Shown here one piece after another: positions 37,389 to 46,367 of a stretch of 49,399 bases of DNA. This stretch comes from Candidatus Liptonbacteria bacterium (GTDB lineage Bacteria; Patescibacteriota; Minisyncoccia; UBA6257; 2-01-FULL-56-20). Numbering within the stretch: position 1 is the first letter of the stretch; each line of letters starts with the position of its first letter. Below the pieces are notes generated by a model that saw only the letters and a list, made by a program, of their open reading frames with translations, made no database searches and was not told the origin of the DNA. The stretch covers positions 1 to 49,399 of the forward strand of contig JACQBP010000016.1 of the NCBI GenBank assembly GCA_016194445.1, read 5' to 3'. The position numbers and the translations under genes were made by a program.

Positions 37389-37664
37389 ATGACTAAAGCA
37401 GGTTTAATAGAGGCGGTTATGAAGGCCGCTGGTATTGAAACAAAAGCTCAATCGGAAAGAATCGTTGAGGCTGTCCTCGACACCATCACTAAAACCATGA
37501 GCCGAGGCGAAGACGTCGCCATCACTGGTTTCGGCACCTTCCGGGTCGCCAAAAGGGCTGCTCGAGAAGGCCGCAACCCCAAAACTGGAGAAAAAATCCA
37601 CATTGCGGCTTCAGTGAAGCCCAAATTCCGAGCCGGCAAAGCCCTCAAAGAAGCGGTGATGTAG
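37389..37664 (+). CDS. hup: DNA-binding protein HU
   Basis: 91 aa with GFGTFRVAKRAAREGRNPKTGEKI. Confidence 0.9.
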   Translation: MTKAGLIEAVMKAAGIETKAQSERIVEAVLDTITKTMSRGEDVAITGFGTFRVAKRAAREGRNPKTGEKIHIAASVKPKFRAGKALKEAVM

Positions 37665-37697
37665 AGTGATCTAAATTTCACTTTGCGTTCAAATCAG

Positions 37698-37724
37698 AAA
37701 AAAGCCCCATCTCGGGGTTTTTTT
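37698..37724. terminator. bidirectional terminator between hup and the convergent gene
   Basis: AAAAAAGCCCC-ATCTC-GGGGTTTTTTT. Confidence 0.7.
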
Positions 37725-37732
37725 CTATCTGA

Positions 37733-38515
37733 TTATTGCAAAACATTTTTACCCATCACTTCACTTAGTTCAAAAAAGTTTTCGTAGACAGCCGCTAAAG
37801 CTTGGAGAGAATTTTTAATCGTGTCGAGGTTACTCTCTGAAGAGCTCAAATCTTGGATATCAGTTTTCGCTTTCTGGTTTGCTTCTTTAGCTTGACTCAA
37901 ACTCGCTTCGGCTTTTTTAATAATTTCTAAACTATTTCCTTTGCTATCGTCCGCCTTAGCCTCCTCTACAACTTTTTTGATTTCGCCAAGTCTGCCCTCC
38001 GCTAAACTTATAAATTGTTGGCTATTCGCCCAAGTCATTAGATCAACTGCTTTCGTCACTAAGTAGGCGTAATTTCCTGCTCGCCACTCTGCCAACTTTT
38101 TTGCTAAATTTTTAGTTCCCCAGAGACCCAAGTCGCCCAAGCTCACCGCCTGCGACTGATAATAAACTACTGCCTGGTCAATTTGCGAAACCAACTTTCC
38201 TCTTACGTTGATCATGTCTAGGTCACTCACCATTGTCGCCGTCAGCTTCGATTTAAGTGTATTCGCTTCTTGAACCGCGCAGTTTAGGATTTTACCGAGT
38301 ATTCCTTGTCGCAATTTGAGCTCTATCTTAATCTTATCCAAATACTCCAACTTTGGATCGTTTCTGATCGCTTCAATAGCGCTCAAATCTCCCGCTTGAA
38401 ATTTACATCCTCCCTGATTATCCACCCTCCCCGCTCCCAAAGCGAACCCAGCACTCATTAAAAAAAGGCCCACCCCGAGCCCCAAAACCGCTATTCCTTT
38501 ATTAAATTTTGTCAT
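37733..38515 (-). CDS. secreted coiled-coil protein, function unknown
   Basis: 260 aa with a signal peptide. It is the last gene of the sigma/anti-sigma-like operon. Confidence 0.6.
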   Translation of the reverse strand: MTKFNKGIAVLGLGVGLFLMSAGFALGAGRVDNQGGCKFQAGDLSAIEAIRNDPKLEYLDKIKIELKLRQGILGKILNCAVQEANTLKSKLTATMVSDLDMINVRGKLVSQIDQAVVYYQSQAVSLGDLGLWGTKNLAKKLAEWRAGNYAYLVTKAVDLMTWANSQQFISLAEGRLGEIKKVVEEAKADDSKGNSLEIIKKAEASLSQAKEANQKAKTDIQDLSSSESNLDTIKNSLQALAAVYENFFELSEVMGKNVLQ

Positions 38516-38518
38516 CAG

Positions 38519-39031
38519 TTACTCAGAAATTTTTTCTAAAACTTGGTCGATCGTCATTGCTTCGCTGCCTTCTTTGGCGCCGGTAGAACTATCAGTCTTA
38601 ACCGTTTCTTGCCCAACCTTTTTCGGACTAACCTCCGGTAGTTTCTTGTTTGTTTTCAGTTCGTTGATTTTAGCGTAAGTTGCGGTCGTGGTTTGGTTAA
38701 TCAGGTCTAGTTGGGTTTTATAATCTAAACTCGTCAGTTTTATCTGAATGTCGATCGCTTGAGCTTCCACTCCGAGGGTTAAAGGGTCGAGCACTCTAAG
38801 TGGCAGAGATGGTGAAAATCTTATCACCGAAAACCCCACAAAAATTATTAGAATCACCGTGAGCGTAATCATGCTCGCGGTGCTAAATCTCACGGTCGGC
38901 CAGAGCCATTGCCAAGCTGAAAGCCGCGGAGCTTTTTCTGGTCCGCTCAAAATTTCCATCTTTGATCTCCGGCTGTATAGAGGGTCCGGTTCGATCTTTT
39001 TAAATTCTTTTAATAGGTCTAAAAGATCCAT
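38519..39031 (-). CDS. single-pass membrane protein, possible anti-sigma factor
   Basis: 170 aa with a central TM helix. Lies directly downstream of the ECF sigma gene. The call rests on position only. Confidence 0.45.
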   Translation of the reverse strand: MDLLDLLKEFKKIEPDPLYSRRSKMEILSGPEKAPRLSAWQWLWPTVRFSTASMITLTVILIIFVGFSVIRFSPSLPLRVLDPLTLGVEAQAIDIQIKLTSLDYKTQLDLINQTTTATYAKINELKTNKKLPEVSPKKVGQETVKTDSSTGAKEGSEAMTIDQVLEKISE

Positions 39032-39044
39032 TGTTCTTAAAAAT

Positions 39045-39581
39045 TTATTTTATCAAACCTTCTTTTAATTTTTTTATGGCTCGGTGTTGGATGAGTTTCA
39101 CTGCTCCTTCGCTCTTACCTATAGCTGCCGCCGTTTCTTTAATCGACAAGTCTTCCACAAATCGCATTACTACGACATCTTGATAATCTTGGTCTAGAGT
39201 TTGAATCGCCAAACGCACTTGCTCTAAACGCAGACTATCGTCGAGGCCGAACTGCGCGCTCGCCGGCACTGCAAAATAGTTAGGGTCCACCTCTTCGATT
39301 GCCATCGTCGCTTTTGAAGTTCGGTAATAATCTACCACCTGATTCTTAGCAATGCGGTATAACCAACTCGAAAAAGGGAATCCTAAATCTTTGTAATGGC
39401 TGACATTTTGCCAAGCGCTTAAAAAGACTTGGTGAGTGAGGTCCTCGGCTTCCTCACGCCGGCCTACTTTAATCAATACAAACCTATAAATCTTAGGTTG
39501 GTAAAAGTCATAAAGGAGGCCGAAAGCCGAGGCCTCACCCTGGATGGCTTTCTTTATTATAGAGTTCTCACCATCTAGCAT
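39045..39581 (-). CDS. ECF-type sigma-70 family RNA polymerase sigma factor
   Basis: Region 2 EDLTHQVFLSAWQ and region 4 LSIKETAAAIGKSEGAVKLIQHRAIKKL. Confidence 0.85.
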   Translation of the reverse strand: MLDGENSIIKKAIQGEASAFGLLYDFYQPKIYRFVLIKVGRREEAEDLTHQVFLSAWQNVSHYKDLGFPFSSWLYRIAKNQVVDYYRTSKATMAIEEVDPNYFAVPASAQFGLDDSLRLEQVRLAIQTLDQDYQDVVVMRFVEDLSIKETAAAIGKSEGAVKLIQHRAIKKLKEGLIK

Positions 39582-39715
39582 AGGTAACGAATATATGTAG
39601 GTTTAGTTACGATAAAACCGCCTCGAAGGACCTTCAATCAAAATATCCCCCATTATAGGATTTTAGAGCCTTTTCGTCAAAACTGAACTAGTCTAAAGAT
39701 TGAGATTTCTCACTA

Positions 39716-40029
39716 GAGTATATTTATGACTTCGCTCGAACCTACTTTATTAAAAATCTCTGACCAAAGGAAGCCCTGCCTGCCGGTAGGCAGGCGCCCC
39801 GCCGCCGCTCGCTAACGCTCGCCCCACCAAAGAAAAGTTTTGTTTGCGGTTTTTGATTTGCGCGCGACCATTTTTTCTTCTAAAAGGAAAACAAAACTTT
39901 TCTTTGGTGTTCTGCTCTAAACGAGCAGGCGGCGGGACTGGCCTCTATTTTTGCTCGGGCGCGGCGGAATTCCCCCCACACCCCCCCTTCCGCCGCGCCC
40001 TCGCGCGATTAGACAAAAGTTGGTAGGTG
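39716..40029. repeat. left arm of the inverted repeat bracketing the AT-rich operon (about 101 bp of homology plus two palindromic insertions)
   Basis: The reverse complement aligns to 44905-45007 at about 90% by hand alignment, once 39775-39940 and 39958-40003 are removed. Confidence 0.85.
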
Positions 40030-40039
40030 TTATAGAGAA

Positions 40040-41449
40040 TTATAATCCCCTTCGTATTACCTTCGGTCCCGCAGAAGTGTCTCTAACCTCATACCCCTTT
40101 TTAATGATCTCTTGACGAACACGATCAGATTCCTCCCACTTATTGTCTTCTCTTAAATCTTCTCGTTTTTGAACAAGCACCCTAATTTCTTCTGGAATTT
40201 TCTCGGAGAGGAGATATCCAAGATTCAATCGTAAAACTTTATCAAACTCAAGAATTGCCGCTTTCTTCTGGGGGGTGAGAGGAGAATCAGCAATTTTCCA
40301 TAACAACGCAATCGCTTGAGGAGTGTTAAAATCATTGTTTATACAACGCTTGAATTCCTGAAGTTCTTGCTTGTCTGGAGAAACTTTTTTATTTCCAAGG
40401 ATAGAAACTTTTTCCCGAAGCGAAAGCAGTGCTTTCTGGGCTCCCCGCAAGCTAGGCCATGTAAAATTAAGGCCTGCGCGATAGTGAGAGGTTAGAACTA
40501 GATAGCGGAAAGCGAGTGGGTCATACCCACGATCCACGATGTCTTGTAAAGTAACAAAGTTATGCTCACTTTTTGCCATCTTTTTTCCATTGACCGTTAA
40601 AAAGGCTACATGCATCCAGTAACGCACGAATTGTTTTCCCGTAGCCGCTTCTGATTGCGCTATTTCGTTGGTATGATGAACAGGAATGTGATCAATGCCG
40701 CCAGTGTGAATATCAATTGTCTCTCCCAAATATTTCATGGCCATGGCACTGCACTCAATGTGCCAGCCAGGGAATCCAATTCCCCAAGGACTTTGCCACT
40801 CCATCTGTCTCTTTCTGTCTTTAGGAGAGAATTTCCAGAGCGCAAAATCAGTTATTTTATTTTTTTCTCCGATATCTACTCGAGCACCCGGCTTAATGCC
40901 TGCAACACCTAATCGCGCGAGATGCCCATAGTTGGATAACCGAGAAGTGTCAAAGTAAACACCATCAGAAGTCAGATAAGTATATCCAGCTTTCTCGAGC
41001 CGTTGAATCAAAGTAATTTGTTCACTGATATGGTCTGTAGCTTTGCTCCAAACAGAAGGGGGTTTAATGTTGAGAGCAAGGAGATTTTGCTTGAAAATCC
41101 CGGTGTATAATTCGGCAATTTCAAATGCAGAACGTTTCTGTTTCCGGGCACTCAACTCCATTTTGTCTTCACCGGAATCAGCATCAGATGTTAAATGGCC
41201 AACATCTGTTATATTGATCACCTGTTTGACTTTATACCCATTAAACTCAAGTGTGTTGCGAAGGACATCCGCAACAATGTAGGCGCGAAGATTCCCGATG
41301 TGCGGATAGTCATACACCGTAGGCCCGCAGGTGTACATTTTAACCCTGCCAGGCTTAAGCGGAACAAATAGCCGCTCCTTTCTCTCATATGTATCAAAGA
41401 GATAAATTGAGCCCGATACGCTCTTTCTTTTTTTCTGATTTATGTTCAT
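40040..41449 (-). CDS. cysS: cysteinyl-tRNA synthetase
   Basis: 469 aa with HIGN, KMAKS, the zinc ligands CGPTVYD / WHIECS / HHTNEIAQSEA, and the DALR-2 region. Confidence 0.9.
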   Translation of the reverse strand: MNINQKKRKSVSGSIYLFDTYERKERLFVPLKPGRVKMYTCGPTVYDYPHIGNLRAYIVADVLRNTLEFNGYKVKQVINITDVGHLTSDADSGEDKMELSARKQKRSAFEIAELYTGIFKQNLLALNIKPPSVWSKATDHISEQITLIQRLEKAGYTYLTSDGVYFDTSRLSNYGHLARLGVAGIKPGARVDIGEKNKITDFALWKFSPKDRKRQMEWQSPWGIGFPGWHIECSAMAMKYLGETIDIHTGGIDHIPVHHTNEIAQSEAATGKQFVRYWMHVAFLTVNGKKMAKSEHNFVTLQDIVDRGYDPLAFRYLVLTSHYRAGLNFTWPSLRGAQKALLSLREKVSILGNKKVSPDKQELQEFKRCINNDFNTPQAIALLWKIADSPLTPQKKAAILEFDKVLRLNLGYLLSEKIPEEIRVLVQKREDLREDNKWEESDRVRQEIIKKGYEVRDTSAGPKVIRRGL

Positions 41450-41454
41450 AAATA

Positions 41455-42252
41455 TTATTCAATTATTTCTCTTCTTTTGAATTTACAAAAAAACATAATC
41501 ATAAACCTATTTTTGGGCAATAAAATATCAATAATTCTCCCTATTGTTTTAATCATCCAGCGAGGAGATTCTAGCGGCAGAGGACTGCCAAAATACTCTA
41601 TTTTGAGCCATTCAATATTCTTCCCACTTCCTTCGGCGGCATTTATCACTAAATCGGCTAAGATTCTATTTTTGTAAAAATGTTCCGTTCCCAATCTATA
41701 ACCCGATATAGGGCCAGGGAAAAATTTTAACACCCACGCTTTAATAGTGGGTCCAGAATAGAAATTCGGTACCCCAAAAGTGATGATTCCATCGGATTTT
41801 GTAACTCGCATCATTTCTTCTAGAATCATTTTGATAGCTGAAGGCTTATAGTGCTCAATGACACCTGTATTCCATACAAAATCAAAAGTTTCTTTTTGAA
41901 ACGGTATTTCGAATATATTACCAATCACAAATTTTACATCCTTAACTTTGAATTTTTGGGCTATATGTTTTGCATATTCTAGGGCTGCCGGAGATATATC
42001 AAGTAATGTTCTATCAATATTACCGCGAAGAAGAATTGAAGATCTTCCTGAACCGCTTCCTGCCTCCAGTAAACTGGAATACTTGTACTTGTTAAATAAA
42101 GATTCCACAAAACTGGTAATTTTTTTATAGTAATCTTCATCCCAAAAGGACGAAAAATTACTTCGGCTTTTATTCCTTTTGTTAAGCTTATTCTCAAATA
42201 TATTATTCCAAGAATCTCTTTCGTGCTCTATTGTCTTCTGCAAATCTTCCAT
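41455..42252 (-). CDS. class I SAM-dependent methyltransferase
   Basis: Motif I LLEAGSGSGRSS and post-I/II motifs (DFVWNTGVIEH). Confidence 0.8.
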   Translation of the reverse strand: MEDLQKTIEHERDSWNNIFENKLNKRNKSRSNFSSFWDEDYYKKITSFVESLFNKYKYSSLLEAGSGSGRSSILLRGNIDRTLLDISPAALEYAKHIAQKFKVKDVKFVIGNIFEIPFQKETFDFVWNTGVIEHYKPSAIKMILEEMMRVTKSDGIITFGVPNFYSGPTIKAWVLKFFPGPISGYRLGTEHFYKNRILADLVINAAEGSGKNIEWLKIEYFGSPLPLESPRWMIKTIGRIIDILLPKNRFMIMFFCKFKRREIIE

Positions 42253-42261
42253 ACTATTGGG

Positions 42262-43143
42262 TCAGGTTAAACGATTATTGATTATTTTTAATCTCTCTTG
42301 AAAACTCTTAAATTTTTCTGGTTTGTCAGACAAAAGACGCTCAAATAAATAAATTATTTTTCTTACACTTGCATCATCTTTCAATTCCTTATTCAGATTA
42401 GCAGGAATAACAAATTTTTTCAGTTCCGGGAAAACCGCTTCCAAGAGTCCGACTTTTTGAAGTTTTTTAATAAATAAATAGCGGTTGCTAGATTTAATGA
42501 TCGCTTGAAGTATATTAAAGTAGGCATGCTCCCGAGCGTAAACACCGTGAAAGTAATCCTTGTGCCTCCAAGATTTTATCTTTTTTGACAAGGCTTTTAA
42601 AAATGAAAAAAGATTTTTATCTTTACAAAAATCGACATTGAAACGAGTGCAAAGATTAACCAATCTCGATGCTAAAATAAAAGGATTCTCTCCGTTAATC
42701 GAAACGATCGGCGCTAATTTTCTCTTTCTTAAGGATTCAATAGAATCATATGGATCGTATATCCTGCCAGATGGAAAATGCCAAAATATACTTTCCCAAT
42801 TAAAATGACCTAAATAATTAATATCTTTAACAATCCCTATGTCATAACGAATCGATTTTTTAGAAACTATGATTTGGAATACTTTGTTAAACTTTAAGTA
42901 ATAGGAACGACTTTTAATGATGGAGAATCTCCGGGACTTTAAAATTTTCAGAACAGACCTAAATTTTTTTATATCGCCGATGATAGCCAAATCGTAATCA
43001 TTAACCTCAAAATTAACACCTAAATCTTCAGCAATTTCTTTGTAGGTAATACTGCCGCCAAGCCAAAAATCATTTAAGCCGCTTTCTTTTGCTATGCGTT
43101 GGAGAATAAAGAACTGCTTTCTATTGACATGGGTAATACTCAT
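42262..43143 (-). CDS. hypothetical protein (weak GGS...DYD nucleotidyltransferase-like motif)
   Basis: 293 aa. WLGGSITYKEI...NDYDLAIIGD resembles a Pol-beta/CCA-enzyme head motif, but the spacing is longer than the canonical one. Confidence 0.6.
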   Translation of the reverse strand: MSITHVNRKQFFILQRIAKESGLNDFWLGGSITYKEIAEDLGVNFEVNDYDLAIIGDIKKFRSVLKILKSRRFSIIKSRSYYLKFNKVFQIIVSKKSIRYDIGIVKDINYLGHFNWESIFWHFPSGRIYDPYDSIESLRKRKLAPIVSINGENPFILASRLVNLCTRFNVDFCKDKNLFSFLKALSKKIKSWRHKDYFHGVYAREHAYFNILQAIIKSSNRYLFIKKLQKVGLLEAVFPELKKFVIPANLNKELKDDASVRKIIYLFERLLSDKPEKFKSFQERLKIINNRLT

Positions 43144-44808
43144 TTATTTTTAAGAGTGCGGAAACTAATCAGCTGGCTTTTAAGTTTATCCACTTCATTT
43201 TTGACATGCTCGGAATTCGCGTGAGGTGAAACAAGACAATATTTTAATGCAGATACAGCTTTGCCAGATTTTGTTTTGTAAAAACCTTTCGAGAACGAAC
43301 AGCCCAATCGACTGATATCTCCGCTATTACTTTTGAGACAAAATTCATAAAACGACTTTACTTCTTCATTAAGATGGTCCAGTAATTTATCATCTCCACT
43401 AACAGATGACAGAAACTCTTTCCAATTAATTCTTTTATTACCGGGAGATAGTAAAACCATAGTGTTAAATCCCAATGCGTGAGGATTCCCTACTAAAAAA
43501 TAATCCCCCTCAGAAATTAAATCTCTAAATACTTTTGTACAGAAAATTTGATTTGCAAGTAATCGCCTAAAGCCATTCTTTCCCATTACTAATAGTGAGC
43601 CTACGGCCGAAAGAGCTTTACCTGCGGAGCGAGATGTTTCCAAAGTGATATCTGAGGGATCTTCCAAAGACCAATCGTTGCCGAGATGGTGTGTATCAAT
43701 GCCTCTTTCCTTTTTAGAGAGCAGGAGCAGATCATTACTATTGTTTGAAACAAAAAGACCACACGGTGTTGGACAACCGCCCAATCCCTTGTGAAAATCT
43801 ACTCCCCACGAATCGGCCTTTCTTACTTGATATTTTCTTTTGAACTGTTCCTTGATGATGGGTAATATTTCCGCTGGAATTTTTAGAGGATTTAATTCAA
43901 AGTCGTATCCATTAAACACCAGCCAAATCCATCCGATGACAGAATCAACGTGAATGTGTGGAGAAAAAGAAAGGTTGTACTCTTTTATAAGCCTATCTCT
44001 TAAATCTATAAACGCGCCAATATCATCAATTGCAAAATCATAGAATGGGCCCCCGTTTATTTGAAATCCAGCAATGACTCCGCCCTTTTCAATTATAGAT
44101 CTTGTTTTTATCTCTGCGTCTTCAATGATGGACCTGCTTTCTTCGTCTGCTTTGATTTGCACTAAACGGTCGATGCCTATGCCAAGCCAATCTCCAACCG
44201 TTTTATGAGAGAAGTGGGCGTTGGCAGTAATCATGACGTGCAGGTTAGAAGGAGCGCCAATCTTTCCTGCGTTAGGGACAGCATTATTGATAGCAAGTTT
44301 CATGGCATACATGTTCGAAGCTGTTCCCCCAAAAGAGAATAGCGCCCTAACTTTGTCTTTGGGCAAATCTATGAGATCAGCCATCATTTCGGAGATAACT
44401 TTCTCCGCAAGCAAGCAAGCAATTACCCGCAAAGTCGGTACTTATGTTATGGATATTGATTTCTTGGCCCAAACTTAAAAGAGCCTGTGCAACTGCATTA
44501 ACTGGAGCACAGATGTTATATTGCAATTCTGGACTACGCCAATTTGGTGCTCCAGGAAGGAATTTTTTAATCGTTTCGGATATTACGTCGTTAGGATGCA
44601 TTCCATCGTCTGGAATTTTATTCGGAATTTTAGTATCGTTATCTGGTGATTTAGGAATCCACGGCTCACTTGAATTCTTGAAAACTTTCCGCAATGTTTG
44701 AAGACCGAAATTAAAAAGCTTCGAGGATGTTTTAGATCCAATCAAAGGCGGGAACAAGAAATCTATTTGTCTTTTATGGGCAGAGTTCCATAAGTATTTC
44801 TTTTTCAT
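43140..44808 (-). pseudogene. group II PLP-dependent amino-acid decarboxylase, reading frame broken inside a (GCAA)4 tract
   Basis: N-terminal 143 aa lie in the 44808 frame and the remaining 430 aa in the 44432 frame. Motifs are FGGTASNMYAM, HIHVDSVIGW and VDFHKGLG (the PLP lysine). Removing one 4-nt unit gives ...FAGNCLLAEKVISEMMADL. Confidence 0.8.
44407..44422. repeat. tetranucleotide repeat (GCAA)4, which is (TTGC)4 on the coding strand
   Basis: Read directly: cGCAAGCAAGCAAGCAAtt. Confidence 0.9.
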
Positions 44809-44904
44809 ATTCTGGTTCGAAAAATTTTTCGTCTGAAGCGTCTATGATTTTAGGATACATCAAAAACGATGAAAACTCAATATTAAAATTAAGGACGGTT
44901 CATA

Positions 44905-45007
44905 CACCTACCAACTTTTGTCTAATCGCACGAACAAAAATAGAGGCGGCTTCCTTTCGTCAAGAATTTTTGATAAAGTAAGTTCGAGCGCGGTCGTAAA
45001 TATACTC
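44905..45007. repeat. right arm of the inverted repeat bracketing the AT-rich operon (empty-site version)
   Basis: CACCTACCAACTTTTGTCTAATCGC... is the reverse complement of 40005-40029, and the homology continues to 45007. Confidence 0.85.
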
Positions 45008-45011
45008 CAAA

Positions 45012-45142
45012 ATTAGACTTTCCGATTTTTGACCGACGAATTCGTGGGCGGCACAAAGTGCCGCCCGTTGGTTTTCTGGCGTAGAATCAGAGCCGCTTGG
45101 CGCGCGGAAGCGCGCCTCGCGGTTGGCCAAGACGAGGTTCGA
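45012..45142. repeat. left 131-bp inverted repeat with two GC hairpins (45046-45066, 45099-45116)
   Basis: GGGCGGCAC-AAA-GTGCCGCCC and GGCGCGC-GGAA-GCGCGCC. Confidence 0.85.
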
Positions 45143-45166
45143 AATCCCTTGCGGTTTCGTATTTGT

Positions 45167-45196
45167 TTGCCCAACAGAAAGAATTTTTGCTATAAT
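45167..45196 (+). promoter_or_regulatory. candidate promoter of the recombinase gene
   Basis: TTGCCC, an 18-nt spacer, then TGcTATAAT. Confidence 0.45.
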
Positions 45197-45304
45197 GACA
45201 ATGTAACCAATCCCGCAAAGTTGTCTTTTTTGATGGCCGTCTCAGTCAGTTCAAGGCAACTTGGATTGGTTACAACCGGGGCGGCCTTTAAAGTTTTCAA
45301 ATTT

Positions 45305-46367
45305 ATGGATAATCTATCGCAAAAATTCTTTTTGTATGCCCGCAAGTCCACTGATGTGGAAGATAAGCAGGTGCGTTCTATTGAAGACCAAATTACAGAA
45401 TTGCGCGCCTTTGCCAAACAAGAAAATCTCAACATTATTGATGAGTTGATGGAGAAACAATCAGCCAAAATTCCGGGCCGTCCCATTTTCAACGATATGC
45501 TCAATCGGATAGAGAGTGGCGAAGCAAACGGAATTTTGGCCTGGCATCCTGATAGATTAGCGCGCAATTCTGTGGACGGTGGACAAATAATTTATCTTTT
45601 GGATTGCGGGCATTTGGCGATGTTGAAATTTCCCACATTTTGGATGGAAAATACCTCACAAGGAAAATTTATGCTCAACATCGCCTTTGGGCAAAGCAAA
45701 TACTACGTGGATTCTCTTTCTGAAAATACCAAAAGAGGGTTGCGCCAAAAAGTAAAACGAGGCGAATATCCAAGCCTTGCGCCTGTTGGATATATCAACG
45801 ACTCGCGCAATAAATCTGTTGTCGTGGATAAAAAGCAAGCTCCGGTGGTTCGCAAGGCTTTTGAGCTATACGCGCAAGGCGATCAAAGACTGGAAGATAT
45901 TGGAGAATTTTTGGCGCAACACAAATTAGTTTCAAAAAGCGGAAAGAGAATCCACATCTCAAGAGCGACTTTTATCCTCTCCAATCCTTTTTACACCGGA
46001 CTATTTCGCTACACTGGCGAAATCTACGAAGGCAAGCACGAGCCAATCTGCTTTTGTTCAAACAAACCAAGAAAGAATCAAAGTCATTGCCACTAAACTC
46101 CAGCGACTTCTTGATGGCTACTTGGAACAGGATATTGACCGAGAAATCTACCGCACCGAAAAAGCAAAACTCCTTTCCGAAAAGAAGTCGCTGGAGGAGC
46201 AAATGACCAATCTTGAACAAAAGCAGAATGGTTGGCTCGAACCTGCGTCTAGCCAACCGCGAGGCGCGCCTCTGCGCGCCGAGCGGAGAGGATTTCCCCC
46301 CCACAAAACCAATGGGCGGCACGAAGTGCCGCCCACCGATTCGTCGGTCAAAAATCGGAAAGTCTAA
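45305..46367 (+). pseudogene. large serine recombinase with an intact catalytic N-terminus but an internal deletion plus frameshift
   Basis: MDNLSQKFFLYARKSTDVEDKQVRSIEDQ... is the catalytic Ser region. After ..GKHEP (about 46045) the zinc-ribbon region seen in the 20531 copy is missing. The coiled-coil part (..KLQRLLDGYLEQDIDREIY..WLEP) continues in another frame. Confidence 0.75.

Noticed and set aside
20385-40029. Possibility that the recurring GC palindromes (20505, 36404, 39775) form a CRISPR array.
   Set aside because: The copies are kilobases apart, there is no regular repeat-spacer periodicity, and no cas genes are present.
45131-45150. GGTTCGAAATCC in the left repeat looked like a tRNA T-loop, suggesting a tRNA-derived attachment site.
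   Set aside because: No T-stem, acceptor or anticodon arm can be folded around it. The neighbouring hairpin has a 4-nt loop.
45029-45304. Upstream extension of the second recombinase ORF (the track start at 45029).
   Set aside because: The extension is a read-through of the 131-bp inverted repeat and the promoter region. Homology to recombinases, and the catalytic YARKST motif, begin right after ATG 45305.
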